Shown here: piece by piece, positions 20,121 through 31,539 of the stretch
Layout of the letters: each line of letters begins with the position of its first letter
Position numbering within the stretch: position 1 is the stretch's first letter
From: Bacillus subtilis subsp. subtilis str. 168
GTDB lineage: Bacteria; Bacillota; Bacilli; Bacillales; Bacillaceae
Reading direction: 5' to 3'
Assembly (NCBI RefSeq): GCF_000009045.1
Contig: NC_000964.3
Location: forward strand, 1,560,001-1,592,000
DNA length: 32,000 nucleotides
Notes under the pieces: model-generated
Told to the model about the DNA's origin: nothing
Databases searched by the model: none
The model's input: the letters and a program-made list of their open reading frames with translations, nothing else
Position numbers and translations under genes: made by a program

Positions 20121-20552
20121 ATGTTTATGGGTGAATATCAGCATACCATCGATGCGAAAGGCCGCATGATCGTACCCGCTAAATTCAGAGAAGGCCTAGG
20201 TGAGCAATTTGTGCTGACTAGAGGACTTGACCAATGTCTCTTCGGCTACCCTATGCACGAATGGAAACAAATTGAAGAAAAACTAAAAGCTCTTCCTCTC
20301 ACAAAGAAAGATGCCCGCGCGTTTACCCGTTTCTTCTTTTCAGGGGCGACTGAATGCGAACTGGATAAGCAAGGCAGGGTAAATATCGCATCATCTCTAT
20401 TGAATTACGCCAAACTGGAAAAAGAATGTGTTGTTATCGGGGTTTCTAATCGAATTGAATTGTGGAGTAAAGTAATTTGGGAACAATACACAGAAGAGCA
20501 AGAAGATTCATTTGCTGAAATTGCTGAAAACATGATTGGGTTTGATATATAA
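20121..20552 (+). CDS. mraZ: Transcriptional regulator MraZ
   Basis: [24 protein letters not shown]..., 143 aa with two MraZ repeats (DAKGR / DKQGR). An in-frame GTG at 20106 is an alternative start. Confidence 0.96.
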   Translation: MFMGEYQHTIDAKGRMIVPAKFREGLGEQFVLTRGLDQCLFGYPMHEWKQIEEKLKALPLTKKDARAFTRFFFSGATECELDKQGRVNIASSLLNYAKLEKECVVIGVSNRIELWSKVIWEQYTEEQEDSFAEIAENMIGFDI

Positions 20553-20621
20553 TGATTCTTCGTGTATAACACTCTAAAAACAATTTCAATTCATCCTGAT
20601 AAAAGGTGGGACCAACACAAT

Positions 20622-21557
20622 ATGTTTCAACACAAGACAGTACTTCTTCGTGAAACCGTAGACGGACTTAATATTAAACCAGACGGTACATATGTAGACT
20701 GCACACTCGGCGGAGCTGGGCATAGTACATACTTATTGCAGCAGTTATCCGAGAAGGGGCGTTTAATCGCTTTTGACCAAGATGATACGGCATTACAGCA
20801 TGCTAAAGAAGTGTTGTCCGATTATAAAGGACAGCTCATTCTGATTAAAAGCAATTTCAGGTATTTAAAAGAATATTTGAATGAACAAGGCGTTACAGAA
20901 GTAGACGGCATTTTATTTGATTTAGGGGTGTCCTCTCCGCAGCTGGATACACCGGAGCGCGGATTCAGTTACCATCATGACGCACCGTTGGACATGAGGA
21001 TGGACCAGTCGGCTACGCTTTCGGCGAAAGAAGTCGTTAATGAGTGGCGCTATGAGGATCTCGTCCGTATTTTCTTTAAATACGGAGAAGAGAAGTTCAG
21101 TAAACAGATCGCCAGAAAAATTGAGGAGGCAAGAATGAAGTCTCCTATTCAAACTACGGGCCAACTGGTCGATCTAATAAAAGACGCGATTCCCGCTCCA
21201 GCGAGAAGGAGCGGGGGACATCCCGCTAAACGCGTGTTTCAGGCAATCAGAATTGCCGTAAACGATGAACTTAGGGTGTTTGAAGAAGCTTTGGAGCAGG
21301 CAATTGAGGTTCTGAAGCCAGGGGGCAGGGTATCGGTCATTACCTTCCACTCGCTAGAAGACAGAATTTGCAAAACCACTTTTAAAGAAAAGTCGTCGCT
21401 TCCGGAACTTCCTCCGGGACTTCCTGTTATACCGGAAGAGTTTGAACCGGAGCTGAAGCTCATCACACGAAAACCGATTACGGCATCTCAAGAAGAGCTT
21501 GAAGAGAACAACCGGGCTCGTTCTGCCAAGCTTCGGATTGCTGAAAAAAGAAAATAA
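20622..21557 (+). CDS. rsmH: 16S rRNA m4C1402 methyltransferase RsmH (MraW)
   Basis: [35 protein letters not shown]..., 311 aa. Confidence 0.97.
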   Translation: MFQHKTVLLRETVDGLNIKPDGTYVDCTLGGAGHSTYLLQQLSEKGRLIAFDQDDTALQHAKEVLSDYKGQLILIKSNFRYLKEYLNEQGVTEVDGILFDLGVSSPQLDTPERGFSYHHDAPLDMRMDQSATLSAKEVVNEWRYEDLVRIFFKYGEEKFSKQIARKIEEARMKSPIQTTGQLVDLIKDAIPAPARRSGGHPAKRVFQAIRIAVNDELRVFEEALEQAIEVLKPGGRVSVITFHSLEDRICKTTFKEKSSLPELPPGLPVIPEEFEPELKLITRKPITASQEELEENNRARSAKLRIAEKRK

Positions 21558-21596
21558 CGAAACGCGAACGCAAAATTAAAAGGAGGTCATCAGCCT

Positions 21597-21950
21597 ATGA
21601 GCAATTTAGCTTACCAACCAGAGAAACAGCAGCGGCATGCGATCAGTCCTGAGAAAAAAGTGATTGTCAAGAAAAGGGCTTCCATTACTCTCGGAGAAAA
21701 AGTGCTTCTTGTCCTCTTTGCTGCGGCGGTGCTCAGCGTATCGCTTTTGATCGTATCGAAGGCGTATGCGGCATATCAAACCAATATTGAGGTGCAAAAG
21801 CTTGAGGAGCAAATTTCATCCGAAAATAAGCAAATTGGTGACCTCGAAAAAAGCGTTGCTGATTTAAGCAAACCGCAGCGCATTATGGACATTGCGAAAA
21901 AGAACGGCTTGAATTTAAAAGATAAAAAAGTGAAAAACATACAGGAATGA
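21597..21950 (+). CDS. ftsL: Cell division protein FtsL
   Basis: 117 aa bitopic protein with coiled coil after AGGAGG, between rsmH and pbpB. Confidence 0.95.
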
Positions 21951-24097
21951 TTCAAATGCCAAAAAAGAATAAATTTATGAATAGAGGAGCAGCGATTCTA
22001 AGTATTTGTTTCGCTCTCTTTTTCTTTGTCATCCTGGGGAGAATGGCATATATTCAAATAACCGGAAAAGCGAACGGCGAAGTGCTTGCGACAAAAGCGA
22101 CAGAGCAGCATGAAAAGAAACGGACCATCGAAGCGAGCCGCGGCTCGATTTTAGACCGAAAAGGAAAAGTCATTGCAGAGGACACAGCGACGTATAAACT
22201 GATTGCGATTCTCGATAAAAAAATGACCACTGATGTCAAGCATCCTCAGCATGTTGTAAACAAAGAAAAAACGGCGGAAGCATTGTCTAAAGTGATAAAC
22301 TTGGACAAGGCCGACATCCTTGATATCTTAAATAAAGATGCAAAACAAGTCGAGTTTGGCTCAGCTGGCCGGGATATTACGTATTCACAAAAGCAAAAAA
22401 TCGAAAAAATGAAACTCCCGGGCATTTCATTTTTACGGGATACAAAACGCTACTATCCAAACGGAGTATTTGCATCTAATCTAATCGGCTATGCCGAGGT
22501 TGATGAAGAAACAAATGAAATTTCCGGCGCGATGGGATTAGAAAAAGTGCTGGATAAGTATTTGAAGGAGCGGGACGGATATGTGACATATGAAAGCGAC
22601 AAATCCGGCTGGGAGCTCCCGAACAGCAAAAATAAAATTACAGCGCCAAAAAATGGTGACAATGTATATTTAACCATTGACCAGAAAATTCAAACCTTTT
22701 TGGAAGACAGCATGACAAAAGTGGCGCAAAAGTATAATCCGAAAAAAATCATGGCCGCAGTCGTTGATCCGAAAACGGGCAAAGTCCTTGCCATGGGACA
22801 GCGCCCAAGCTTTGATCCGAACAAGCGCGATGTGACAAACTACTATAATGATTTGATTTCATATGCGTATGAACCCGGGTCCACGATGAAGATCTTTACA
22901 CTCGCTGCTGCGATGCAGGAAAACGTGTTTAATGCGAACGAAAAATATAAATCAGGGACATTTGAAGTTGGCGGAGCACCTGTTAAGGATCACAATAACG
23001 GTGTAGGCTGGGGTCCGACAACATATCATGACGGCGTCCTAAGGTCGTCGAATGTCGCTTTTGCGAAACTGGCGAAAGAAAAGCTGGGATATGACCGCCT
23101 CAATCAATATTTGCACAAATTCAATTTTTACCAGAAAACAGGTATTGATTTGCCAGGAGAAGTCTCCAGCAAAATCAACTTTAAATATGAATTTGATAAG
23201 GCGTCAACTGCATATGGCCAAGCGTCTGCGGTCACACCAATTCAGCAGATTCAGGCCGCAACGGCAATTGCAAATGACGGTAAAATGATGAAACCTTATG
23301 TCATTGACCATATCGTTGACCCTGATAAAGATAAAACTATTTATCAAAATAAGCCGGAATCAGCCGGAACTCCAATTTCTGCAAGTACTGCGAAAAAGGT
23401 GCGGGATATATTAGGAGAAGTCGTTACATCGAAGATCGGAACAGGGCAAGCTTATAAAATCGAAGGTTTTGATGTTGCCGGGAAAACAGGTACTGCGCAA
23501 ATAGCCGGTAAAGGCGGATATTTAGACGGCACAGATAACTATATCTTTTCGTTTATGGGTATGGCGCCAAAAGATGATCCTGAGCTTTTAATTTATGTTG
23601 CTGTACAGCAGCCGCAACTAAAAGCAGGACAAAGCAGTTCAGATCCAGTATCAGAAATCTTCAATCCAACAATGAAAAATAGCCTGCACTACCTAAACAT
23701 CGAACCAACTGAAAAATCTGACTCAGATAAGGAAGAAACAAAAGCGCAGACAATGCCTGATTTAACAGATCAAACGGTAGCTGCTGCTCAAAAGAAAGCA
23801 AAAGAGGAGAATCTCACACCAATTGTCATCGGCAGTGATGTCGCTGTAAAAGAACAGTATCCGAAAGCGGATGAGGAAGTTCTCACCAATCAAAAGGTCT
23901 TCCTGAAAACGGGCGGCAAAATCAAAATGCCTGATATGACAGGCTGGTCGAGAAGAGAGGTTCTGCAGTACGGCGAGCTCGCGGGAATTCATATTGAAGT
24001 AAGCGGACAAGGCTACGCTGTCAGCCAAAGTGTTAAGAAAGACAAAGAAATCAAAGACAAAACCGTAATCAAGGTTAAGTTTAAAAATCCTGATTAA
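21947..24097 (+). CDS. pbpB: Penicillin-binding protein 2B (division transpeptidase)
   Basis: 716 aa; SxxK (EPGSTMK), SSN, KTGTAQ motifs and two C-terminal PASTA repeats; overlaps ftsL by 4 nt. Confidence 0.97.
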
Positions 24098-24098
24098 A

Positions 24099-24135
24099 AA
24101 GAAAGCCGTCGTTATGCAGGCTTTCTTTTTTTATG
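24099..24135 (+). terminator. Rho-independent terminator after pbpB
   Basis: AAAGAAAGCC ... GGCTTTCTTTTTTT stem with T-run. Confidence 0.88.
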
Positions 24136-24173
24136 CCTTCAGAGGAGCATCGTTCTACCTGTCCAAATTCAGG

Positions 24174-24181
24174 CATAAAAT
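24174..24181 (+). promoter_or_regulatory. Candidate sigma-E -10 element for spoVD
   Basis: CATAAAAT differs from the sigma-E -10 consensus (CATACAAT) at one position, 32 nt before the spoVD start; the -35 match is poor. Confidence 0.4.
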
Positions 24182-24213
24182 GAAACAAGCCTAAATAAGG
24201 AGTGAACGGTCTC

Positions 24214-26154
24214 TTGCGCGTCTCGAATGTAACGGTTAGAAAACGTTTATTATTTGTTTTGCTTTTTGGCGTGATCGTGTTTCTGATCATTGATACAAGG
24301 CTGGGGTATGTTCAGTTTGTGATGGGCGAAAAACTGACTTCGCTAGCGAAAGATTCCTGGAGCCGGAACTTGCCGTTTGAGCCGGAGAGAGGCGAGATTC
24401 TGGATCGGAATGGTGTGAAGCTCGCAACAAATAAAAGTGCGCCGACCGTATTCGTCGTGCCGCGCCAAGTTCAGAATCCGATGAAAACGAGCAAGCAGCT
24501 TGCGGCGGTGCTCAATATGTCAGAAGAAAAAGTATATAAACATGTGACAAAAAAAGCGTCAATCGAAAAGATCACTCCTGAAGGGAGAAAAATTTCAAAT
24601 GAGAAGGCGAAAGAAATCAAAGCGCTTGATTTAAAAGGTGTGTATGTTGCGGAGGACAGTATCCGTCATTACCCGTTCGGCAGCTTTTTATCTCATGTGC
24701 TTGGATTTGCAGGAATTGACAACCAAGGGCTCCTTGGACTTGAAGCCTATTACGACGATGATTTAAAAGGGGAAAAAGGTTCTGTTAAGTTTTATACAGA
24801 TGCCAAGGGGAAGAAGATGCCTGATGAAGCGGATGACTATACGCCGCCTAAGGATGGGCTTGATATGAAGCTGACAGTTGATTCAAAGGTTCAGACGATA
24901 ATGGAAAGAGAGCTTGATAACGCTGAGGCCAAATATCATCCGGACGGCATGATTGCCGTAGCCATGAATCCGAAAAACGGAGAAATTTTGGGGATGTCTA
25001 GCAGGCCTGACTTCGACCCTGCTGATTACCAATCTGTTGATCCGTCCGTCTACAATCGAAATCTGCCAGTATGGAGCACGTATGAACCGGGATCTACCTT
25101 TAAAATTATTACACTTGCAGCAGCCCTTGAAGAGCAAAAAGTAAATTTGAAACGGGATCAATTTTATGATAAAGGGCATGCTGAAGTGGACGGAGCGAGA
25201 CTGCGGTGCTGGAAAAGAGGCGGGCACGGGCTGCAGACGTATCTGGAAGTTGTGCAGAACTCCTGCAACCCGGGGTTTGTTGAATTAGGCGAGCGCTTAG
25301 GAAAGGAAAAGCTTTTCAAATATATCAAAGACTTTGGTTTTGGACAAAAAACGGGGATTGATCTCCAAGGCGAGGGAACAGGCATCTTATTCCCGCTTGA
25401 GAGAGTGGGCCCGGTGGAGCAAGCAACTACGGCTTTCGGACAGGGAGTATCCGTCACGCCGATTCAGCAGGTTGCAGCAGTATCCGCCGCTGTAAACGGA
25501 GGAACGCTCTATACACCTTATATTGCAAAGGAATGGATCGATCCTGTTACGAAGAAAACGGTCAAAAAACAATCACCAATCGCAAAGAAACAAGTCATTT
25601 CTGAGGAAACATCCAAACAAATCCGCTATGCTCTAGAAAGCGTCGTCGCAGAAGGAACCGGCCGCAATGCATTTGTAGAAGGATATCGTGTCGGAGGAAA
25701 AACGGGAACTGCACAAAAGGTTAAAGATGGAAAATATCTTGAAAACAACCATATTGTATCATTTATCGGTTTCGCGCCAGCAGATGATCCGAGTCTAGTC
25801 GTCTACGTTGCGGTGGATAACCCGAAAGGCACGATTCAGTTTGGCGGAACGGTGGCAGCGCCTATTGTCGGAAATATTATGAGAGACAGTCTGCCGGAAC
25901 TTGGTGTGAAGCCCCGGAAAAATCAAATCGAGAAAAAATACCAATGGAACGACACAAAAACAATAGAAGTTCCGAATGTTGTAGGGATGTCTGTCTCAGA
26001 TCTTGAGTCACTATTGGTGAATCTCAATGTGGATGCTTCCGGGAAAGGGAGCAAAATCGTTAAACAATCGCCAGCTGCCGGAACGAAAGTAAAAGAAGGC
26101 TCAAAGATACGCGTGTATTTGACTGAAGAAGATGAAAAGGAGGCAGCCGATTGA
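24214..26154 (+). CDS. spoVD: Sporulation-specific penicillin-binding protein SpoVD
   Basis: TTG at 24214, 646 aa; EPGSTFK, SCN, KTGTAQ motifs and one PASTA repeat. This start puts cysteines at residues 332 and 351. Confidence 0.95.
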   Translation: MRVSNVTVRKRLLFVLLFGVIVFLIIDTRLGYVQFVMGEKLTSLAKDSWSRNLPFEPERGEILDRNGVKLATNKSAPTVFVVPRQVQNPMKTSKQLAAVLNMSEEKVYKHVTKKASIEKITPEGRKISNEKAKEIKALDLKGVYVAEDSIRHYPFGSFLSHVLGFAGIDNQGLLGLEAYYDDDLKGEKGSVKFYTDAKGKKMPDEADDYTPPKDGLDMKLTVDSKVQTIMERELDNAEAKYHPDGMIAVAMNPKNGEILGMSSRPDFDPADYQSVDPSVYNRNLPVWSTYEPGSTFKIITLAAALEEQKVNLKRDQFYDKGHAEVDGARLRCWKRGGHGLQTYLEVVQNSCNPGFVELGERLGKEKLFKYIKDFGFGQKTGIDLQGEGTGILFPLERVGPVEQATTAFGQGVSVTPIQQVAAVSAAVNGGTLYTPYIAKEWIDPVTKKTVKKQSPIAKKQVISEETSKQIRYALESVVAEGTGRNAFVEGYRVGGKTGTAQKVKDGKYLENNHIVSFIGFAPADDPSLVVYVAVDNPKGTIQFGGTVAAPIVGNIMRDSLPELGVKPRKNQIEKKYQWNDTKTIEVPNVVGMSVSDLESLLVNLNVDASGKGSKIVKQSPAAGTKVKEGSKIRVYLTEEDEKEAAD

Positions 26155-26174
26155 TTCGGGCTGCCTATTCTTTT
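26139..26174 (+). terminator. Rho-independent terminator after spoVD
   Basis: AGGCAGCC (26141-26148) / GGCTGCCT (26159-26166) then ATTCTTTT; spoVD stop is in the loop. Confidence 0.8.
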
Positions 26175-26329
26175 ATTGCAGAAAAAATGCTGATATCTTT
26201 CAAGATTAGCTGGATGTATCCTTTTATTTACGCTAAAATATGAACTGTATGCTTAAAATCATTACCACATCATTTGATGTGACTTCAATGATAAAAAGAA
26301 CGAATTAGAATGTTGAGAGGTTTGATACG

Positions 26330-27814
26330 ATGAAACTTACAAAGCTGCTTACATACTTAACAACCGAACCTTCTGTAAACGACTCACAAGACCCTGAAAT
26401 AACTTCAATTGAGATGGACTCCAGGGAAGTAAAGAAAGGGAGTCTTTTTGTATGTGTAAAAGGGTATACGGTGGATGGCCACGATTTTGCGCAAAAAGCA
26501 GTAGAAAACGGTGCAGCGGCTATTGTGGCAGAAAGAGAGGTCGATGTGAATGTTCCTGTTATTATTGTCCGGCAGTCACTTCGCGCGCTCAGCGTTTTGT
26601 CTGATGCGTTTTACGGACAGCCGACGAAGAAGCTTCAGCTGATTGGGATAACAGGGACAAACGGCAAAACATCAACGACCCACATGGTCGATGAGATTCT
26701 GAAAAAAGCGGGAAAACGCACAGGCTTGATCGGTACAATGTACATGAAAATCGGAGACGAAACACTTCCTGTTAAAAACACGACTCCGGAAAGCGTCACG
26801 CTGCAGAAAACGTTTAAGAAAATGAATGACAAGCACGTTGACACTGCAATCATGGAGGTTTCTTCCCACGCTTTGTCTTTAGGACGCGTCCATGGCTGTG
26901 ATTATGATATTGCCGTGTTTACGAATTTAACACAGGACCATCTGGACTATCATAAAACGATGGATGAGTACCGGCATGCAAAAAGCTTGCTCTTTTCCCA
27001 ACTTGGCGGGGCTTTCAACCATGAACATCCAAAGCGTGCCGTCCTGAATGCTGACGATGAGGCGAGCGCTTATTTTGAAAAGGTAACAGCTGCGCATATC
27101 TCTACATACGGAATTAAAAACGATGCTGATGTGATGGCGAAGAACATCAGTATCACTGCACAGGGCACAAGCTTTGATCTCGTGACAAACAAAGGCACGA
27201 AGCACATCACGATGTCTCTCGTCGGACAATTTAATGTGTATAACGTGCTGGCCGCTGTTGCGACATGTATTGCAGCAGGCATACCGTTTGAAATCATCAC
27301 TGAGGCTGTTGAAGAATTGCATGGTGTAAGAGGCCGTTTTGAATTGGTCAATCAGCAGCAGGAGTTTCCTGTCATTGTAGACTACGCGCACACACCGGAC
27401 AGCCTTGAAAATGTGCTGGAGACATGCAGAGACATGACGGAAGGAAAGCTATTTGTCGTTGTCGGCTGCGGAGGAGACAGAGATAAGACGAAGCGCCCGA
27501 AAATGGCTAAAATTGCTGTGGAGCTGGCTGACGAGCCGATTTTCACGTCAGATAACCCGAGAAGCGAAGATCCTCGCGCGATTTTAAGAGATATGGAAGC
27601 CGGAGTAGAGAACGCATACTATCACAGTATTGCAAACCGCGAGCAGGCGATCTTTTTCGCAATTGCCAATGCCAAAAAAGGCGACGTTGTCCTCATTGCC
27701 GGAAAAGGACATGAAACCTATCAGCAGATCGGAAATGAAACTTTCGATTTTGATGATGCTGAAGTAGCGGCGAGAGCCATTGTTGAACTCAATAAGAATA
27801 AGACGAATTCATAG
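26330..27814 (+). CDS. murE: UDP-MurNAc-L-Ala-D-Glu:meso-DAP ligase
   Basis: 494 aa; [17 protein letters not shown]-binding loop; DNPRSEDP, the signature of meso-DAP-adding MurE. Confidence 0.98.
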
Positions 27815-27925
27815 GAAAGAGATGTTACTGAATAATGGAGCTTGAAAAGATTTTTCATATGGAAAAAAATCATGAATATGATAACTACGTATGTCGTTTG
27901 AAAGAAACAGGAGGAGAAAAGGACA

Positions 27926-28900
27926 ATGCTTGAGCAAGTCATTCTGTTTACAATTTTAATGGGGTTTTTAATTAGTGTTCTGCTCTCTCCGATTCTTATT
28001 CCGTTTTTAAGAAGATTAAAATTCGGCCAGAGTATTAGAGAAGAAGGACCGAAATCACATCAGAAAAAATCAGGGACACCGACAATGGGCGGGGTCATGA
28101 TCATACTTTCTATCATAGTGACAACAATTGTTATGACACAGAAGTTTTCAGAAATAAGCCCCGAAATGGTGCTGCTTCTGTTTGTTACGCTAGGCTACGG
28201 TTTGCTTGGCTTTTTAGATGATTACATCAAGGTTGTCATGAAGCGCAATCTTGGATTGACATCAAAGCAAAAGCTGATCGGACAAATTATTATTGCGGTT
28301 GTATTTTACGCCGTGTATCATTACTACAATTTTGCGACGGATATTCGCATTCCTGGAACTGACTTATCATTTGATCTTGGCTGGGCTTACTTTATCCTTG
28401 TGCTCTTTATGCTAGTCGGCGGATCAAACGCAGTTAACCTGACTGACGGCCTTGACGGGTTATTATCCGGTACTGCGGCGATTGCCTTTGGCGCCTTTGC
28501 CATTCTGGCATGGAATCAGTCTCAATATGACGTAGCGATTTTCTCAGTTGCCGTTGTCGGTGCAGTTCTGGGCTTCCTTGTATTTAATGCTCATCCGGCC
28601 AAAGTTTTTATGGGAGATACGGGATCGCTTGCATTGGGAGGAGCCATCGTTACCATTGCCATTTTAACGAAATTAGAGATCCTGCTGGTTATCATCGGCG
28701 GTGTATTCGTTATCGAGACATTATCCGTTATTTTGCAGGTCATCAGCTTTAAAACGACAGGTAAACGAATCTTTAAAATGAGTCCGCTTCATCACCATTA
28801 TGAGCTTGTCGGCTGGTCTGAATGGAGAGTAGTCGTGACGTTTTGGGCTGCGGGACTTTTGCTTGCCGTTTTAGGAATTTACATCGAGGTGTGGTTATAA
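27926..28900 (+). CDS. mraY: Phospho-MurNAc-pentapeptide transferase
   Basis: 324 aa; [36 protein letters not shown] motifs. Confidence 0.98.
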
Positions 28901-30256
28901 GTGGAAAATGATCAATTTTTACAGAAACAGCATTTTTTAATCCTTGGGCTTGCGAAAAGCGGATATGCGGCGGCCTCCATTCTTCATGAAAAAGGCATTT
29001 ATGTTGCAGTCAATGATCAAAAGCCTTTTGAAGAAAATGAACCGGCACAAAAGCTTTCTGAAAAAGGAATCGAAGTTGTTTGCGGAGAGCATCCAGTTTC
29101 TCTGTTCGATCAGCATCAAATCACGATTCTGATCAAAAACCCGGGAATTCCTTATGAAAATATCATGGTTCAGGAAGCAGAGAAACGAGGTATTCCGGTT
29201 TGGACGGAAATTGAGCTCGCTTACTACCTGACCAGCGCCAAGTTTATCGGGATTACCGGATCGAACGGTAAAACGACCACGACAACGCTAATTTACGAAA
29301 TGCTCAAGGCTGACTCGCAAAAAGCACTGATTGCCGGAAACATCGGCACAGTCGCAAGTGAGGTTGCCTATCATGCTGATGGAGATGAATGGATCGTTAC
29401 CGAACTGTCTTCGTTTCAGCTGATGGGAACACACGCTTTCAGACCGGAAATCAGCCTGATTTTAAATGTATTTGACGCCCATCTGGATTATCACCATACG
29501 CGCGAAAACTATGAAAAAGCGAAACAGAAAGTGTACCTTCATCAGACTGCTTCAGATAAAGCTATTGTCAACCAGGATGATGAAACCGTCGTGCGTCTTG
29601 CTGAAGCCGGAAAAGCCGAAATCGTCCCATTTTCAGTCAGCAAAACGCTTGAACAGGGCGCATATGTAAAAGACAGTATGATTATGTTTAACGGCGAAGC
29701 CATTCTTCCTCTGGAAGAGGTTGTACTGCCCGGTGCTCATAACCTGGAGAACATTTTAGCAGCTATTGCAGTTGTGAAAACGGCAGGAGCATCCAATGAG
29801 GCGGTTAAAAAGGTGCTGACAAGCTTTACTGGTGTGAAGCACCGCCTCCAATATGTCACAACTGTGAATGGCCGCAAATTTTATAACGACAGTAAAGCAA
29901 CAAACATTCTGGCGACAAGCAAGGCGCTTTCAGCTTTTGATAAGCCGGTCATTCTGCTTGCGGGCGGACTGGATCGCGGAAATGGTTTTGATGACTTGAA
30001 ACCTTATATGAAGCATGTCAAAGCAGTGCTTACATTTGGCCAGACGGCGCCAAAACTCGAGAAACTCGGCAATGAACTGGGAATACAACATGTCAAACGT
30101 GTCGATAATGTTGAACAAGCAGTATCTGCGGCGTTTGCGCTCTCAAATGAAGGAGATGTCATCCTGCTGTCACCCGCGTGTGCGAGCTGGGATCAATTCA
30201 AAACATTTGAAGAACGCGGTGACATGTTTATAGATGCCGTGCATATGCTTAAGTAA
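28901..30256 (+). CDS. murD: UDP-MurNAc-L-alanine:D-glutamate ligase
   Basis: GTG start immediately after the mraY stop; 451 aa; [19 protein letters not shown]; HRLQYV; NDSKATN. Confidence 0.98.
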
Positions 30257-30316
30257 GGGCTTGTCTTGAAGTAAATCGGCAGCCCTAATGACTTTAAGCT
30301 TGGGGTGTCGATTGCT

Positions 30317-31417
30317 TTGACTACTAAAAAAACATCGCCTGATTTGTTATTGGTCATCATTACGTTATTATTATTAACAATCGGATTAATTATGGTGTAC
30401 AGTGCGAGTGCGGTATGGGCGGATTATAAATTTGACGACTCATTCTTTTTCGCGAAACGGCAGCTTTTGTTTGCGGGAATCGGCGTCATTGCTATGTTTT
30501 TTATCATGAATGTTGATTATTGGACTTGGAGGACATGGTCCAAATTGCTGATGGTTATCTGCTTTTTCCTTCTGGTGCTTGTTTTGATACCGGGCGTCGG
30601 AATGGTGCGGAACGGTTCAAGAAGCTGGATCGGAGTCGGAGCATTCAGCATACAGCCTTCAGAGTTTATGAAGCTTGCGATGATTGCATTCCTTGCTAAA
30701 TTTCTCTCTGAAAAACAAAAAAACATCACATCGTTCAGACGGGGGTTCGTCCCTGCACTTGGCATCGTGTTTTCAGCATTTTTGATTATCATGTGCCAGC
30801 CTGACCTCGGAACGGGGACAGTTATGGTCGGAACTTGTATTGTCATGATTTTTGTAGCCGGCGCACGGATCGCCCATTTCGTCTTTCTCGGGCTGATCGG
30901 CCTCAGCGGATTTGTCGGGCTCGTACTATCGGCTCCATATCGGATAAAGCGGATTACCTCATACTTAAATCCATGGGAAGACCCGCTCGGAAGCGGATTT
31001 CAGATCATTCAATCGCTTTATGCAGTGGGGCCCGGCGGGTTGTTCGGAATGGGGCTCGGACAAAGCAGACAGAAGTTCTTTTATCTGCCTGAGCCGCAAA
31101 CAGACTTTATTTTCGCCATCTTGTCAGAGGAGCTGGGCTTTATCGGGGGAACACTTATTTTGCTCCTCTTCAGCGTCCTGCTGTGGAGAGGAATCAGAAT
31201 TGCGCTTGGTGCGCCTGATCTGTACGGAAGCTTTGTCGCAGTCGGCATTATTTCAATGATTGCCATTCAAGTCATGATAAATATCGGCGTAGTCACGGGC
31301 CTGATTCCTGTAACAGGCATCACGCTCCCGTTTCTGAGCTACGGAGGCTCTTCATTGACTCTAATGCTGATGGCAGTTGGTGTGCTGCTGAATGTAAGCC
31401 GCTACTCGAGGTATTAA
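30317..31417 (+). CDS. spoVE: SEDS-family glycan polymerase / spore cortex protein SpoVE
   Basis: TTG at 30317 (MTTKKTSPDLLLVII...), 366 aa; FtsW/RodA/SpoVE signature and polytopic topology. Confidence 0.96.
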   Translation: MTTKKTSPDLLLVIITLLLLTIGLIMVYSASAVWADYKFDDSFFFAKRQLLFAGIGVIAMFFIMNVDYWTWRTWSKLLMVICFFLLVLVLIPGVGMVRNGSRSWIGVGAFSIQPSEFMKLAMIAFLAKFLSEKQKNITSFRRGFVPALGIVFSAFLIIMCQPDLGTGTVMVGTCIVMIFVAGARIAHFVFLGLIGLSGFVGLVLSAPYRIKRITSYLNPWEDPLGSGFQIIQSLYAVGPGGLFGMGLGQSRQKFFYLPEPQTDFIFAILSEELGFIGGTLILLLFSVLLWRGIRIALGAPDLYGSFVAVGIISMIAIQVMINIGVVTGLIPVTGITLPFLSYGGSSLTLMLMAVGVLLNVSRYSRY

Positions 31418-31469
31418 CGAATGTATTTCCAAGCCTCCTGTCTAACATGAAGCTTGGAAACAATTGATG

Positions 31470-31501
31470 CGATAACCCTGTCCAACAAAACAGGGTTATC
31501 G
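31470..31501 (+). other. Strong intergenic hairpin between spoVE and murG, no clear U-tract
   Basis: GATAACCCTG (31471-31480) / CAGGGTTATC (31491-31500), extended by C31470-G31501; followed by TTATGTTATAG. Confidence 0.8.
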
Positions 31502-31539
31502 TTATGTTATAGAGAAACTTAGACTGGGGGAAAAAAGAA

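Noticed and set aside
23052-23288. 78-aa alternative-frame ORF inside pbpB (similarly 30835-31259 in spoVE)
   Set aside because: Alternative-frame reading of a conserved gene, Lys/Arg-rich, no SD.
21947-26154. pbpB and spoVD as a possible repeat or recent duplication artefact
   Set aside because: They are known ancient class B PBP paralogues with divergent sequences and different functions; normal for this cluster.
26927-27391. 154-aa minus-strand ORF inside murE
   Set aside because: Long, but wholly antisense to a highly conserved enzyme; typical shadow ORF with no start signals.
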